Shown here: positions 40,391 through 49,588 of the stretch, one piece after another | Layout of the letters: each line of letters starts with the position of its first letter | Position numbering within the stretch: position 1 is the stretch's first letter | Assembly: GCA_963422375.2 (NCBI GenBank) | Contig: OY729428.2 | Location: forward strand, 2,400,001-2,464,000 | Direction: 5' to 3' | Length of the DNA stretch: 64,000 bases | Source of the DNA: Bryobacterales bacterium | GTDB lineage: Bacteria > Acidobacteriota > Terriglobia > Bryobacterales > UBA6623 | Notes under the pieces: generated by a model | What the model was told of the DNA's origin: nothing | Seen by the model: only the letters and a program-made list of their open reading frames with translations | Database searches by the model: none | Made by a program: the position numbers and the translations under genes

Positions 40391-40930
40391 CTAGCGGCAG
40401 CCGCCCTCCCGGTACAGGGGCACGAGGCCCCCGACCTTCGCCGGGTAGGCGCGGTTCTCCGCGCAGGCCCAGGCGGCCCGGATGCAGTGCCGCTCGACGT
40501 GGCCCGTCCAGCGCCGCGGGTCGCAGCCCGGCTCGCGCCGGCAGCGCGACTTCTCTCTCGCGATCCAGCCCGGTCCGCCGTTGTAGGCCGCCCACGAGAA
40601 CTCCCACGGCTCGCGATCGAAGCGGTAGCGCGCCAGCAGCCGCCGCATGTAGACGATCTGGGCCCGGATCGCGCAGCCCGGGTCGGTCGGGTCCGTCCCG
40701 TCGCAGCGCGGCGCGGTCAGCGGGGCGATGTCGCTCCACGTCGGCGGGGTGAACTGGGCCAGCCCGCTGGCGTAGCGCGAGCGCGCCCGCGGGCGCCACG
40801 ACGACTCGCGGTGGATCTGCGCCGCCAGCTCGGCCCGCATGCCGGCCGCCCCGGCGCGCGCGACCTCGGCCTCGAAGACCGGGGCCAGCTCGCACGGCAC
40901 CGCCAGCAGGGCCGCGGCCAGCAGGAGCAT
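40391..40930 (-). CDS. Lytic transglycosylase (SLT) endolysin
   Basis: IHRESSW, GLAQF, AAYNGGPG, ENRAYP motifs; hydrophobic N-terminus. Confidence 0.92.
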   Translation of the reverse strand: MLLLAAALLAVPCELAPVFEAEVARAGAAGMRAELAAQIHRESSWRPRARSRYASGLAQFTPPTWSDIAPLTAPRCDGTDPTDPGCAIRAQIVYMRRLLARYRFDREPWEFSWAAYNGGPGWIAREKSRCRREPGCDPRRWTGHVERHCIRAAWACAENRAYPAKVGGLVPLYREGGCR

Positions 40931-41256
40931 CAGTAGGCCCCGCCCCAGGCGAAGGCCGTCAGGGTGGCCCCGTACAGCAGGCACCAGCCCACGATGTAGG
41001 CCGCCCGGGGCACGTCCTCCCCGTGCTGGCTGAACGGCGGCTGGCCCCGGATCACCTTGAGGATGTCGAAATCGCGGAACAGCGCCCGCTTCATGCCGAG
41101 GAAGAACAGCGTCGCCCCGGCGCAGGTCATGGTCTTGCCCAGGAGGGCGCCCAGGGCCCGCTCCAGCTCGCCGGGCCGCGCCCCCGCGCCGCCGTCGAGG
41201 AGAGCCAGCAGGAGCCCGCTCAGAGGAATCACCAGAAAAAACAGCAGGGCGCCCAC
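40930..41256 (-). CDS. Putative holin (3 TM)
   Basis: Three hydrophobic segments; coupled to the SLT gene. Confidence 0.7.
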   Translation of the reverse strand: MGALLFFLVIPLSGLLLALLDGGAGARPGELERALGALLGKTMTCAGATLFFLGMKRALFRDFDILKVIRGQPPFSQHGEDVPRAAYIVGWCLLYGATLTAFAWGGAY

Positions 41257-41295
41257 GGCGGCTCTCCTCCGCCCTATGGTAACCCACGCCGCCCG

Positions 41296-41502
41296 CTAGG
41301 GGAAACCGGAACCTTCCTCCCGTTCCGACTCCTCGATCGCCGGCAGCCGCAGCAGCCAGCGCAGGCAGGCCAGCTCCCCGCGCACGAACTGCGTGCGCGA
41401 CTCGGGCAGGTCGGGCCGCTCCAGCTCCTCCCGCAGGGCCTGCATCCGGCGCCCCGCGCGGGCCGCCACGGCATCCCAGGTGCCCGACGACGGGTCGATC
41501 AT
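41296..41502 (-). CDS. Small conserved protein after portal
   Basis: MIDPSSGTW...TQFVRGELACLRWLLRL; overlaps the portal stop. Confidence 0.7.
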   Translation of the reverse strand: MIDPSSGTWDAVAARAGRRMQALREELERPDLPESRTQFVRGELACLRWLLRLPAIEESEREEGSGFP

Positions 41503-43532
41503 ATGCCGCTCCCCTGGCGCTCCTTGACGGCGAACTCCGCCGCCGTCAGGCGCTCCTTGCTGCCGGTGGTCAGCCGCGCTTTCTCCAGATCCGCCTGGAT
41601 GCGCGCCACGGTGGTCTCCTGCTGCGCGGCCAGCCGCAGGATTTCGGTCTGCTTGTGCATCTCGGCCAGCTGCAGCTGCCCCTGGACGCGCGCCCGCTCC
41701 AGCTGCAGCTTGGCCTCCAGCTCGGGGTCGGACCCGCCTTGCTCGGCGCGCGCCCGCGCCAGCTCGCCCAGCTCCTCGTCGCTCAGCACGGCCTCCCCGC
41801 CCGGCACCTGCAGGGCCGCGAACAGGCGCCGGGCCAGCTGCGGCACCCGCACCATGTCCGACAGCAGCGGGTTGCTCGCGGCCAGGTTCAGGATCATCAG
41901 CAGGTTCTGGGCCTGCAGCTCCCGCAGCATGAGCACGCTCGACCCCCTCGCCTTGACGCGCATGTCGCCCTTCACGACGTCCGGCCCGAACTGCATGTTC
42001 CACTCGTAGAGCCGGCGGATGTTGGGCAGGGTGAATTCGGCGTCGAAGGCCCTGGCCGCGTTGCGGAAGACTATGTTCACGGCGTTGACCAGCAGGCTCA
42101 TGCCGTGCGCCGTCTGGGCTACCTGCGCGCCCTGGTCCCCCTGCGCGATCAGCGGCAGGTTGGTCTCGTCGTCGCAGAAGCGGCTGGCGTATTCGATGAT
42201 GCGCACCAGGTTGTCGGTGTTGCCGTCGATGCGCACCGCCTCGATGCCCGCCCGGTCGCCCGAGCCCTCGCGGTACCACACCTTGCGCGGGGCGATCTCC
42301 CAGCCGCCCTCGGCCGGCTGGATGCTGGCGCGGTCCACCACGAACATGGGCACGCCGCTCAGCCCGCCGTTCTCCATGCACATGCGCCAGGCGGCGTTCA
42401 GCGCCGACTGCGGGTCGCGCATCTGGGCCGGGATGCCGTGTCCGAACAGCCCCCCGTCGGCGGGGTCCAGGCGATAGACCGAGTACAGCGGGGCCTCCGA
42501 GTCCAGGTGATGCACGCCGTAGCGCAGCACGCGCCCCTGGCAGCACCAGATCACCGCCTCGGTCATGTCCAGCGGGTCGTCCGCTTCCAGGCTCGCCGCC
42601 ACCTCGGCGTCGCCGTGCCGCCGCGCCAGCGCCCGCAGCCGCCCCGCCGGCACCGGCCCGTGGTATTCCAGCACCCAGTAGCGCCGCGTCTCGCCGTCCT
42701 CCAGCGCGTGCTCGCCGATCAGCCGCAGGTCGCGCATGCCCTCCGCCAGCTCCCCGCCTTGCGGCTGCTCCAGCAGCAGCGAGCGGATCTCCTCGCCCAG
42801 GAAGCCCGGCACCCGCGCCAGCCGCCGCAGCTTGCGCTTGGTCATGCGATGGATCTCGAAGACGAACTCGCAGTCCTCCACGCTCTCCGCGTCCATGTCG
42901 GGCAGGAAGTTCCACACGTCCACGAACTCGAAGGCCGGGGCCGTCGCGGGCGTTCGCCGCATGAACCAGCCGCTCTCGCTCTCGACCCATTCCGACTTCT
43001 CGGCGGAGCGCGCGAACGGCCCCTTGCACACGCCCGTGCCCAGCTTGCAGGCCTGCTCCACCACCCGCCGCCCGACCTCGGCGTAGCCGCATTCCTCGAG
43101 CTGGTCGGCCACCAGCTCGGACATGGCCTTGGCGCGCTCCTCCGCGGCCGCCCGGGCCGCCTCCATGCCGCCCCGCTCGATCTCCTCTTCCGCCACGCCC
43201 TCGATGTCCGGCACCGGCGTCGCCTCGACGCTCCAGTTGGCCTCGTCGGAAGGGAACAGGATGTCCGCCAGCCGCGAGCGCATCACGCGCGTCTTGGGCC
43301 GCGTCAGGTTGACGAACAGGCGGCTCGCGCCCTTCGTCTCCGCAAGCCGCTTCTCGGTGCCTTCGTCGTAGTGGCCGTAGTACTGCCGCGTGTCGCGGTA
43401 CCAGCGCTCCTCGATAGAGCGCCGCCGCCGCGCCTGCTCGGCCGCCAGCTCCTGCAGCTCCTGCGCCAGCTGCGACCCGGCCGACGGCTCGGGCGGGTCC
43501 GGCCGCGCCGCGGGCAGCTCGTCCGGCCGCAT
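41499..43532 (-). CDS. Portal protein
   Basis: SRLFVNLTRPK, LGTGVCKGP, W.FLPD, YEWNMQF..KGD..V.ARGSS, KERQGSGI. Confidence 0.9.
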   Translation of the reverse strand: MRPDELPAARPDPPEPSAGSQLAQELQELAAEQARRRRSIEERWYRDTRQYYGHYDEGTEKRLAETKGASRLFVNLTRPKTRVMRSRLADILFPSDEANWSVEATPVPDIEGVAEEEIERGGMEAARAAAEERAKAMSELVADQLEECGYAEVGRRVVEQACKLGTGVCKGPFARSAEKSEWVESESGWFMRRTPATAPAFEFVDVWNFLPDMDAESVEDCEFVFEIHRMTKRKLRRLARVPGFLGEEIRSLLLEQPQGGELAEGMRDLRLIGEHALEDGETRRYWVLEYHGPVPAGRLRALARRHGDAEVAASLEADDPLDMTEAVIWCCQGRVLRYGVHHLDSEAPLYSVYRLDPADGGLFGHGIPAQMRDPQSALNAAWRMCMENGGLSGVPMFVVDRASIQPAEGGWEIAPRKVWYREGSGDRAGIEAVRIDGNTDNLVRIIEYASRFCDDETNLPLIAQGDQGAQVAQTAHGMSLLVNAVNIVFRNAARAFDAEFTLPNIRRLYEWNMQFGPDVVKGDMRVKARGSSVLMLRELQAQNLLMILNLAASNPLLSDMVRVPQLARRLFAALQVPGGEAVLSDEELGELARARAEQGGSDPELEAKLQLERARVQGQLQLAEMHKQTEILRLAAQQETTVARIQADLEKARLTTGSKERLTAAEFAVKERQGSGI

Positions 43533-43536
43533 CGGA

Positions 43537-44289
43537 TCAGAAGCCCGCCACGCGGTCCGCCACCGCCGGGGCGCCCCAGCCCGCCGCCGCCCGCTCCTGC
43601 GAGCGGCGCGTGCGGGCCACCCTCAGGCCGCTGCGCAGGCCGTAGCGCATGCAGTCCATCAGGTGGTCGTGCTTCTTCACCACGCGCCCCCTCTCGTCGC
43701 GGCGGTAGATGCCGAACTCGAAGCGGAAGTACTGGAGCGTGCGGAACACCCGCAGCCGCCCCGTCTGCATGCGATCGTAGCACTCCTCGATGCCCGCGCT
43801 CACCGCGTTGTCCGCCGGGTGCATCGCCAGCCCGCAGCGGGCGTAGCTCTCCATCACCGACTCGCCGTCCTTCACCGTCGCGCCCGCCGAGGACGGGTCG
43901 ATCACCCCCGGCACCCACGCCCCGCGGGCCTTGATCGCCAGCGCGTGCAGCTGCACCGGCTTGCGCCCCTGGTAGTACTCCGACACCAGGTACGCGCAGT
44001 CGGCGTCCCGGTCGTGCGCCAGCCACAGGCACGCCGTGCGGTTCCAACCCGTGTCCAGCGCGAAGCAGCGCGTCCACGCGTCCGGCACCCGGAACGGATC
44101 GACCGTGATCGAATCCACGTCCAGGTCGTAGATGCGCCCGACCCCCAGCACCGGCTCCCCGCGCACCCGCGCGCCCCGCAGGTGCGGCGGCGTCGCCGAC
44201 AGCATCTCCCGCTTGGTCTTCTCCGCCAGGTGCGGGACGTCCCCCCAGCCCACCTGCGTCGTGTAGCGGCTCCCCCCGACCCGCGGCAT
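43537..44289 (-). CDS. Terminase large subunit, C-terminal nuclease part
   Basis: WGDVPHL, ALDTGWNRTA, IDPSS, DHLMDCMRY; own GGAGGT RBS. Confidence 0.88.
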   Translation of the reverse strand: MPRVGGSRYTTQVGWGDVPHLAEKTKREMLSATPPHLRGARVRGEPVLGVGRIYDLDVDSITVDPFRVPDAWTRCFALDTGWNRTACLWLAHDRDADCAYLVSEYYQGRKPVQLHALAIKARGAWVPGVIDPSSAGATVKDGESVMESYARCGLAMHPADNAVSAGIEECYDRMQTGRLRVFRTLQYFRFEFGIYRRDERGRVVKKHDHLMDCMRYGLRSGLRVARTRRSQERAAAGWGAPAVADRVAGF

Positions 44290-44323
44290 CTCGCCCTACC
44301 TCCCGGCCCCGCTCCCGGCCCCG

Positions 44324-45154
44324 CTACCAGCCCGGACGCGCGTCCGGGTCCGGCGGCCGCAACTCGTCCGGCAGGAAGTTCAGCACCACGTCCGTCAGCC
44401 CCTCCAGGGGCGTGAAGGTCAGGTACACGATCCCGTCCACCGTGCCCGTGCGGATCACGCACTCCCCGTACACGTCGTCCGGAGGCTCCTCGTCCAGCCA
44501 GATCACGTGCTTGGCCGTGCCCTCGAACGAGCCCCGCCCCTGCTCGTAGCTCTTCAGGGTCAGCAGGCTGCGCTCCGTGCGCGAGTCCCGCCACAGCACG
44601 TCCACCTCGTTCAAAAGCGCGTTGAAGCCCGAGCGGAACTTCGCCGACTGGTGCGCGATCCGCTCCGCCGGCACCATCCCCTCGCCCGACAGCCGGTTCT
44701 GCCCCCGCGAGTCCTTGCGCACCGGCCCGAACAGCTTCTCCTGCACGATGTCCCGCGTGGTCTCGTTGGTCTTGCCCACCGCCCACGCCTGCACCGGGCG
44801 GTCGAACCTCCGGCCTTCCCACCAGTCCGGGTACAGCCCCGTCAGATGCGCCGTCATCTCGTAGGCCGCCATCTCCGTCTTGCCCGTCCGGTTGCCCCCC
44901 ATCACCGCCCGCTCGCGCGCCCACGCCCCCGCCCGGAAATGCTCCAGGTGCTTCGCGTAGGCGTGCCGCGACAGCTTGCCCGTCCCGGGGTACATGCGGA
45001 AGTACCGCCCCCCCTTGCTCAGCTTGCCCAGCTCCGACAGCACCTCTCCCAGACGCTCGCGCGCGGGCGCGTCCAGCCGCCCCACCGCTTCCGCGTCCCG
45101 CGCCGCCCGCGCCAAACGCTCCGCCGTCTCCGCGATGGCCGCTCCCTGCATCAA
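44324..45154 (-). CDS. Terminase large subunit, N-terminal ATPase part
   Basis: Walker A GGNRTGKT, KSYEQGR, Walker B WLDEEP, coupling motif TFTP. Confidence 0.9.
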   Translation of the reverse strand: MMQGAAIAETAERLARAARDAEAVGRLDAPARERLGEVLSELGKLSKGGRYFRMYPGTGKLSRHAYAKHLEHFRAGAWARERAVMGGNRTGKTEMAAYEMTAHLTGLYPDWWEGRRFDRPVQAWAVGKTNETTRDIVQEKLFGPVRKDSRGQNRLSGEGMVPAERIAHQSAKFRSGFNALLNEVDVLWRDSRTERSLLTLKSYEQGRGSFEGTAKHVIWLDEEPPDDVYGECVIRTGTVDGIVYLTFTPLEGLTDVVLNFLPDELRPPDPDARPGW

Positions 45155-45226
45155 TGGCCATTATCGCCCGCCCCGGAGACGGCTGGAGGACGGCGGCGAG
45201 CCGCCGAGTGCGCCGGGTTGGCCGAG

Positions 45227-45845
45227 GTGTGACAAGTGTGACAAAAAGTGTGACACTTTTCGTTTCGATGAAGCCATTGGAAACAAAGAACTTAATCTCT
45301 GGAAACGCGAACTCTAGGTCCCGTCACACTTGTCACGCCAAAATATGCCCTTCACGACATGCGCGCATGCGCGTCTGCGCGCCCGCGCGGGCGCGCGCGT
45401 ACAGGGGGGGCATATTTTGTGTGACAACCGTGACATACTACTACTACTACTACTAAATACTTTGTTTCCAAGGGATTAAGTGTCACGGACGGTGTCACAC
45501 TTTTTGTCACACTTGTCACACTTGTCACGCTTTTGGCTAGAAGTCGTTTATTTCCAGCGATTTAGGTGACATATATTCGTCTAATTTTTTATCTTCATTA
45601 GTATTGATTTCCGTATTTCCTCCATAGGCTGTCGGCATTTACGAAGTTCATGCGAACAAAAAACCGAAGTGTTTTTGTTTACACTCTGTGACAGCGTGTC
45701 GATAGAGCTGATACATAGCGCCGCAAGGGAAAGTGTCACTTGCCTTTGCCGGCGTAAGGCCAAGTGCGAGAGATCAGGCCGGCACGCCCTTAACTACTAA
45801 GTCCTTTGTTTCCAACGTCTCAGGTGGCACAAAAAGTGTCACGCT
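45227..45845. repeat. AT-rich region with GTGACA/TGTCAC iterons forming a ~300-bp nested inverted repeat; candidate origin
   Basis: 45227-45256 is the exact reverse complement of 45492-45521; inner arms also pair; more TGTCAC boxes to 45845. Confidence 0.8.
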
Positions 45846-45983
45846 TTCAGAGGCAGTCGGTCTTCACAAAGATTCAGGCACACTCATACGAACAGAAAAC
45901 AGAAGTTTTACGAATCGTGGCTCCGCTAGTGCCCGTGTCAGGGTGTCAAGCGGTTTCCGGGCACTATGTGATAAAATCTCGAC

Positions 45984-46397
45984 ATGAGTCTGAAGGCCCC
46001 CGATTTCGACTGGGTCTCTGCCCGCTTCGCCTGCACCGCCGGCAGTGTCTTCAACGATCTGCGAGGACTCGCAGAGGTCAACGTCGAGACGCGGTCGGAG
46101 CAACCGAACGCCGGGACGCTGGATTTCCGGGCGTCTGCACCGGGCAGCACGCCAGCGGCCTTCACCGTGCGGCGCATCTGCATCGGAGAGACCTACTCGG
46201 TGCGATTCCGGCTGGTCAACGGGGTCATCAGGATCGACAGCGAGCGGTTGAACCCACCCATTGAGCCGTTCGAGGTCCAGGTCAAGATGGACGACGATGG
46301 CCGGTGCGTCTGCGTGGTGGACGGCCAGATCCGCCTGCTCTGGCAGATCCTGCACCGCGCGCTCGACAGTCTGCTGTTTGGGCACTATCCGATATAA
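45984..46397 (+). CDS. Hypothetical protein
   Basis: Globular-looking 137 aa; extended -10 TGATAAAAT 6 nt before ATG (leaderless?). Confidence 0.65.
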   Translation: MSLKAPDFDWVSARFACTAGSVFNDLRGLAEVNVETRSEQPNAGTLDFRASAPGSTPAAFTVRRICIGETYSVRFRLVNGVIRIDSERLNPPIEPFEVQVKMDDDGRCVCVVDGQIRLLWQILHRALDSLLFGHYPI

Positions 46398-46411
46398 TTC
46401 CCTAACAGCCA

Positions 46412-46756
46412 GTGCGTTTCATCAAGCGTCACTCCGGCTCCACCCCGCCGCCCGACGAAGAGCGCAGGGGCCGCATCTCCCGCCCCACCTCCGCGGACGT
46501 CACGCCCGTCCTCTCGCCCGGCCAGATCCGCTCGCTGCGCGCGGATCTCGGCCTCTCCCGCATCCAGCTCGGACGCGCCCTCGGCTTCCACTCCATCGAG
46601 CCCGACAGGGCCGTCGCCTCCTGGGAGCACGGACGCTCTACCATCCCGGGCCCCTGCCAGCTGATCCTCCTCGCCCGCTGGCGCAACTTCCGCGAGGAAG
46701 GCTCCGACGCCCTCCTCGCCCTCAGAATCCCGGACGGCCCTCCCCCTCCTCGATGA
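46412..46756 (+). CDS. XRE-family HTH protein
   Basis: LSPGQIRSLRADLGLSRIQLGRALG..VASWEHGRSTIPGP. Confidence 0.8.
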   Translation: MRFIKRHSGSTPPPDEERRGRISRPTSADVTPVLSPGQIRSLRADLGLSRIQLGRALGFHSIEPDRAVASWEHGRSTIPGPCQLILLARWRNFREEGSDALLALRIPDGPPPPR

Positions 46757-47240
46757 GGGCCGGGCCCCCCGCCTTGCGGCCGGGCCCCCCCGTCCGCGCC
46801 TCGATCTGGTCCAGAATCTCCTGCGCCAGAGCCCCCACGTCGCCCGCGCTCATCTCCGCTACCGGCCGCTTCGACGCCAGCCGCTGGTCGTCCTGCCAGC
46901 CCTGCCGCGCCTTCAGCCAGAAGATCGCCGCCACCACCGAGGCGCCCTTGCGCCGCCCGGTCTTCTCGTCCACGTACCCCACCGCCTGGTCGTGCAGCGA
47001 CTGCACCACCTCCGCGTCAGCCGCCAGCGCCTGCGCCCGCGCTTCCCGCAGTTCCGGGAATTCATCCATCCAGCGGTTCAGCGTCGACAGCTCGATGCCC
47101 AGCATCGCCGCGATCTGGTCCGCCTTGTACCCCGCCAGCAGGCCCCGGAACACCATGCCCGGATCGCGCTTCTCGTCGAACAGCCGGACTCGCTTCTCCC
47201 CCGGCAGCCTCACGCGCCCGATCTCGCGCATGTTTCGCAT
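46722..47240 (-). CDS. Terminase small subunit-like HTH protein
   Basis: QIAAMLGI..STLNRW..EFPE, ADAEVVQSL..AVGY, AAIFWLKARQGW; GAGGAG RBS. Confidence 0.8.
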   Translation of the reverse strand: MRNMREIGRVRLPGEKRVRLFDEKRDPGMVFRGLLAGYKADQIAAMLGIELSTLNRWMDEFPELREARAQALAADAEVVQSLHDQAVGYVDEKTGRRKGASVVAAIFWLKARQGWQDDQRLASKRPVAEMSAGDVGALAQEILDQIEARTGGPGRKAGGPALIEEGEGRPGF

Positions 47241-47432
47241 CTTTTTTTTCTCTCCTCCTCAAAAACGCCGACCTTTTGGCCCGCGTCCGCTCCTACGGAT
47301 AAGGTATACCAGCAACGGGCCGATGGGACCATCGGTCGTTGGGGGTCCCCGGGCCCTCTGATTTGCTGCCCCCCCCCTCGGTCGGCTTTCGCTTTCCGCT
47401 CTCGGCCGGCCGGCAGAAAACTACCGACCTAA

Positions 47433-47460
47433 ATGACCGATAACGCACACTATCGGTCAC
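47433..47460. other. dif/Xer-like 11-6-11 site
   Basis: ATGACCGATAA-CGCACA-CTATCGGTCAC; arms are 9/11 symmetric. Confidence 0.55.
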
Positions 47461-47689
47461 TTGAGTCGCCCCAGCCCCAGCGACAGCGCCAACGCGGCTC
47501 CAATCCGTCGCCGCGCCCGCCGATCTCGCAGCTGCCCCTCACGCCCCACCGCCGCGCCAGCGCCCCGCCATCCGGTTCGGCCGGCGCCGGCCCAGACTGC
47601 GATGGCCTGCCGAATCCGCCGAATCCGCCCGTGAGCCGGCCGTGTATATACACGGTGCCGGCCGAACTCCGGGAAAACCGATGACACTA

Positions 47690-47765
47690 GGAAATATTTA
47701 TGAAAAAACCAGAAATATACCTAAATACCTATTGACATGAGACCACGATGTGGTATGCTGTAGGT
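47690..47765 (+). promoter_or_regulatory. Strong sigma70 promoter P1 with A-tract UP element
   Basis: TTGACA 47732-37, 16-nt spacer containing CCACGATGTGG, TATGCT 47754-59. Confidence 0.8.
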
Positions 47766-48124
47766 ATGACAGCCTGGTGGGACAGCCTACGCCACGCCCG
47801 ACGCGCTCGCAGCCGCGGACGCGATCTGGGGGGTTTACATGCTGCCCGCCCTCGCGGCCGGCAGCGCGGCGGTCGCCGCCGGAATCCTGGCCGGGCCCGC
47901 CGTCGGGCTCGGCCTCGCCGGCATCGCCGGGCCGCGACCCGCGGCTCGCCCCGAGACGGCCAGGGCGCGGCTCGGCCGGACCCGCTCCACGCCGGACGGG
48001 CTGCGGGCCGAAGCCCGCGAGGCCCGCGAGGCGGCCGAGAGGATCTCGCGCAGCGAGTGGATACCCGCTGCGACAATCCGCAGCCTGGTCCACGTGCTGC
48101 TGGACCAGGCGGACTGGCTGGACA

Positions 48125-48152
48125 TTGACAGTACCACACGATGTGGTACTGT
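48125..48152 (+). promoter_or_regulatory. Promoter P2 overlapped by a perfect palindrome with 11-bp arms
   Basis: TTGACA 48125-30, 16 nt, TACTGT; ACAGTACCACA-CGA-TGTGGTACTGT at 48128-48152. Confidence 0.75.
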
Positions 48153-48171
48153 ACGGGAGGAAAGGAACACC

Positions 48172-48906
48172 ATGACCACCTATACATGCGTTGGTCCGGT
48201 GCGCGGGTGCTGCGGCATCCGGCACCGGACCCACGAGGAGGCCGACCGCTGCGTGCGCTACGACTCGGACGGCGAAGTTTCGCTGGGCCGGCACAGCGAT
48301 CGCCAGGTGGTGGTGGCGGAGGAGCACGAGGAGCTCCTTCCGCCGATCACATATACCTGCGTCGGACCGGTGCTCGGATGCTGCGGCATCCGGCACCGGA
48401 CCCACGAGGAGGCCGACCGCTGCATCGAGAGCAGCGAGGTCGTTGCTCCCGGCGATTGGTACGATCGCCGGATCGTGATCGCCGAGCGACACGGCGACGC
48501 GATCGCGGCCGTTCGGCAGCGGATCGATCTGCCGGCCGACATCGACCTGAGCCCGGTGGGTCTCGTGCTCACCGGGCACGAAATCCCGGCGATGGTGCAC
48601 CAGCAGCTGCACGCGGCTGGCCTGCACCCGGCCACCATGTGGTGCGACCACCACATGGGCGTACTGCTCGAGGACGTGCGCGGCACGCACGTCCTCGAGA
48701 TCCTACGAGAGGACGATCGCGAGGGCCTGCCGGCCCGCCTGGCGGTGCGTGCGGCCGGGTATCACCTGCTGGTGCTACCACGACCGCACGAGCAGGCGGG
48801 CCGGGCGCGGTACTACTCGTGCACGCGCAACGGCCCGCTGTGGGCGCCGCCCGGGCCGACTATGCGGGAGGCGGGTCGCGCCGCCTCCCAGGAGGAGACA
48901 CCATGA
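48172..48906 (+). CDS. Cys/His micro-domain protein (Z-Z-X architecture)
   Basis: RBS before ATG 48172; two copies of TYTCVGPV.GCCGIRHRTHEEADRC, then the LPADIDLSPVGLV domain. Confidence 0.8.
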   Translation: MTTYTCVGPVRGCCGIRHRTHEEADRCVRYDSDGEVSLGRHSDRQVVVAEEHEELLPPITYTCVGPVLGCCGIRHRTHEEADRCIESSEVVAPGDWYDRRIVIAERHGDAIAAVRQRIDLPADIDLSPVGLVLTGHEIPAMVHQQLHAAGLHPATMWCDHHMGVLLEDVRGTHVLEILREDDREGLPARLAVRAAGYHLLVLPRPHEQAGRARYYSCTRNGPLWAPPGPTMREAGRAASQEETP

Positions 48907-49319
48907 CCGAGGGGCAATGCGTACTGCTAATTGACCCGGACCGCGAGGATTGCGCCGGCGGCACGATCCTCGCATCCCTCTCAGACGGCCTAGTAGAGGT
49001 CGACTGGGACTACGAGATTAGCGGGCCGGTCGACCTTTCCGCGCTCGAGCCGACCGAGGCGCGCAGCGCGGCGGCGCGCGATCGCGAGATCTCGCGCCTA
49101 TGGAGCGAGCGTCACGCCTACACGTGCGTCGGGAGCGTGCGGGGATGCTGCGGCATCCGGCACCGCTCCCGTGCCGCCGCCGAGCGCTGCATCGAGCGAG
49201 ACGAGCGCCGTCTCGCCTCGCATGGGTGCTTCGGCGACCGCCAGGTGGTGCTCGCGAGGGAGCACGAGGACGAGCTGCGGTACCTCGCGGAGCTCCGGCG
49301 GCGCGGCCATCCATCATGA
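48903..49319 (+). CDS. Cys/His micro-domain protein (Y-Z)
   Basis: AGGAGGAG RBS, ATGA overlap; C-terminal YTCVGSVRGCCGIRHRSRAAAERC. Confidence 0.8.
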   Translation: MTEGQCVLLIDPDREDCAGGTILASLSDGLVEVDWDYEISGPVDLSALEPTEARSAAARDREISRLWSERHAYTCVGSVRGCCGIRHRSRAAAERCIERDERRLASHGCFGDRQVVLAREHEDELRYLAELRRRGHPS

Positions 49320-49588
49320 CCTATCCCGAGCCCACCTACACCTGCCTTGGGCCGGTGAGCGGATGCTGCGGCATCCGCCACCGGACCAAGTCCGCGGCCG
49401 AGCGCTGCGTCAATCGCCACTGGCGCAGCTGCGCCGACCAGGGCGGGTACGGCGAGCGCGTCGTCGTACCCGCGGACGAGCTCGAGCCGCCGCGGCGGCT
49501 CTCCGACGAGCCCGAGGCCGCTGCCGATCTCGAGCGGCGGTACGCCGACTCGCTGCAAACGCTGCGGCGGCTCGGACATTTTCCGTGA
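49316..49588 (+). CDS. Cys/His micro-domain protein (Z + short tail)
   Basis: ATGA overlap; MTYPEPTYTCLGPVSGCCGIRHRTKSAAERC. Confidence 0.8.
   Translation: MTYPEPTYTCLGPVSGCCGIRHRTKSAAERCVNRHWRSCADQGGYGERVVVPADELEPPRRLSDEPEAAADLERRYADSLQTLRRLGHFP

Noticed and set aside
44290..44323. Stop read-through, intron or intein explaining the TerL split
   Set aside because: The two ORFs are in different frames, the gap is only 34 nt, and the second ORF has its own RBS.
47766..48171. Definite CDS downstream of P1
   Set aside because: The leaderless ATG (47766) and the protein-like frame (47839 onward) disagree; it may be frameshifted and I cannot resolve it.
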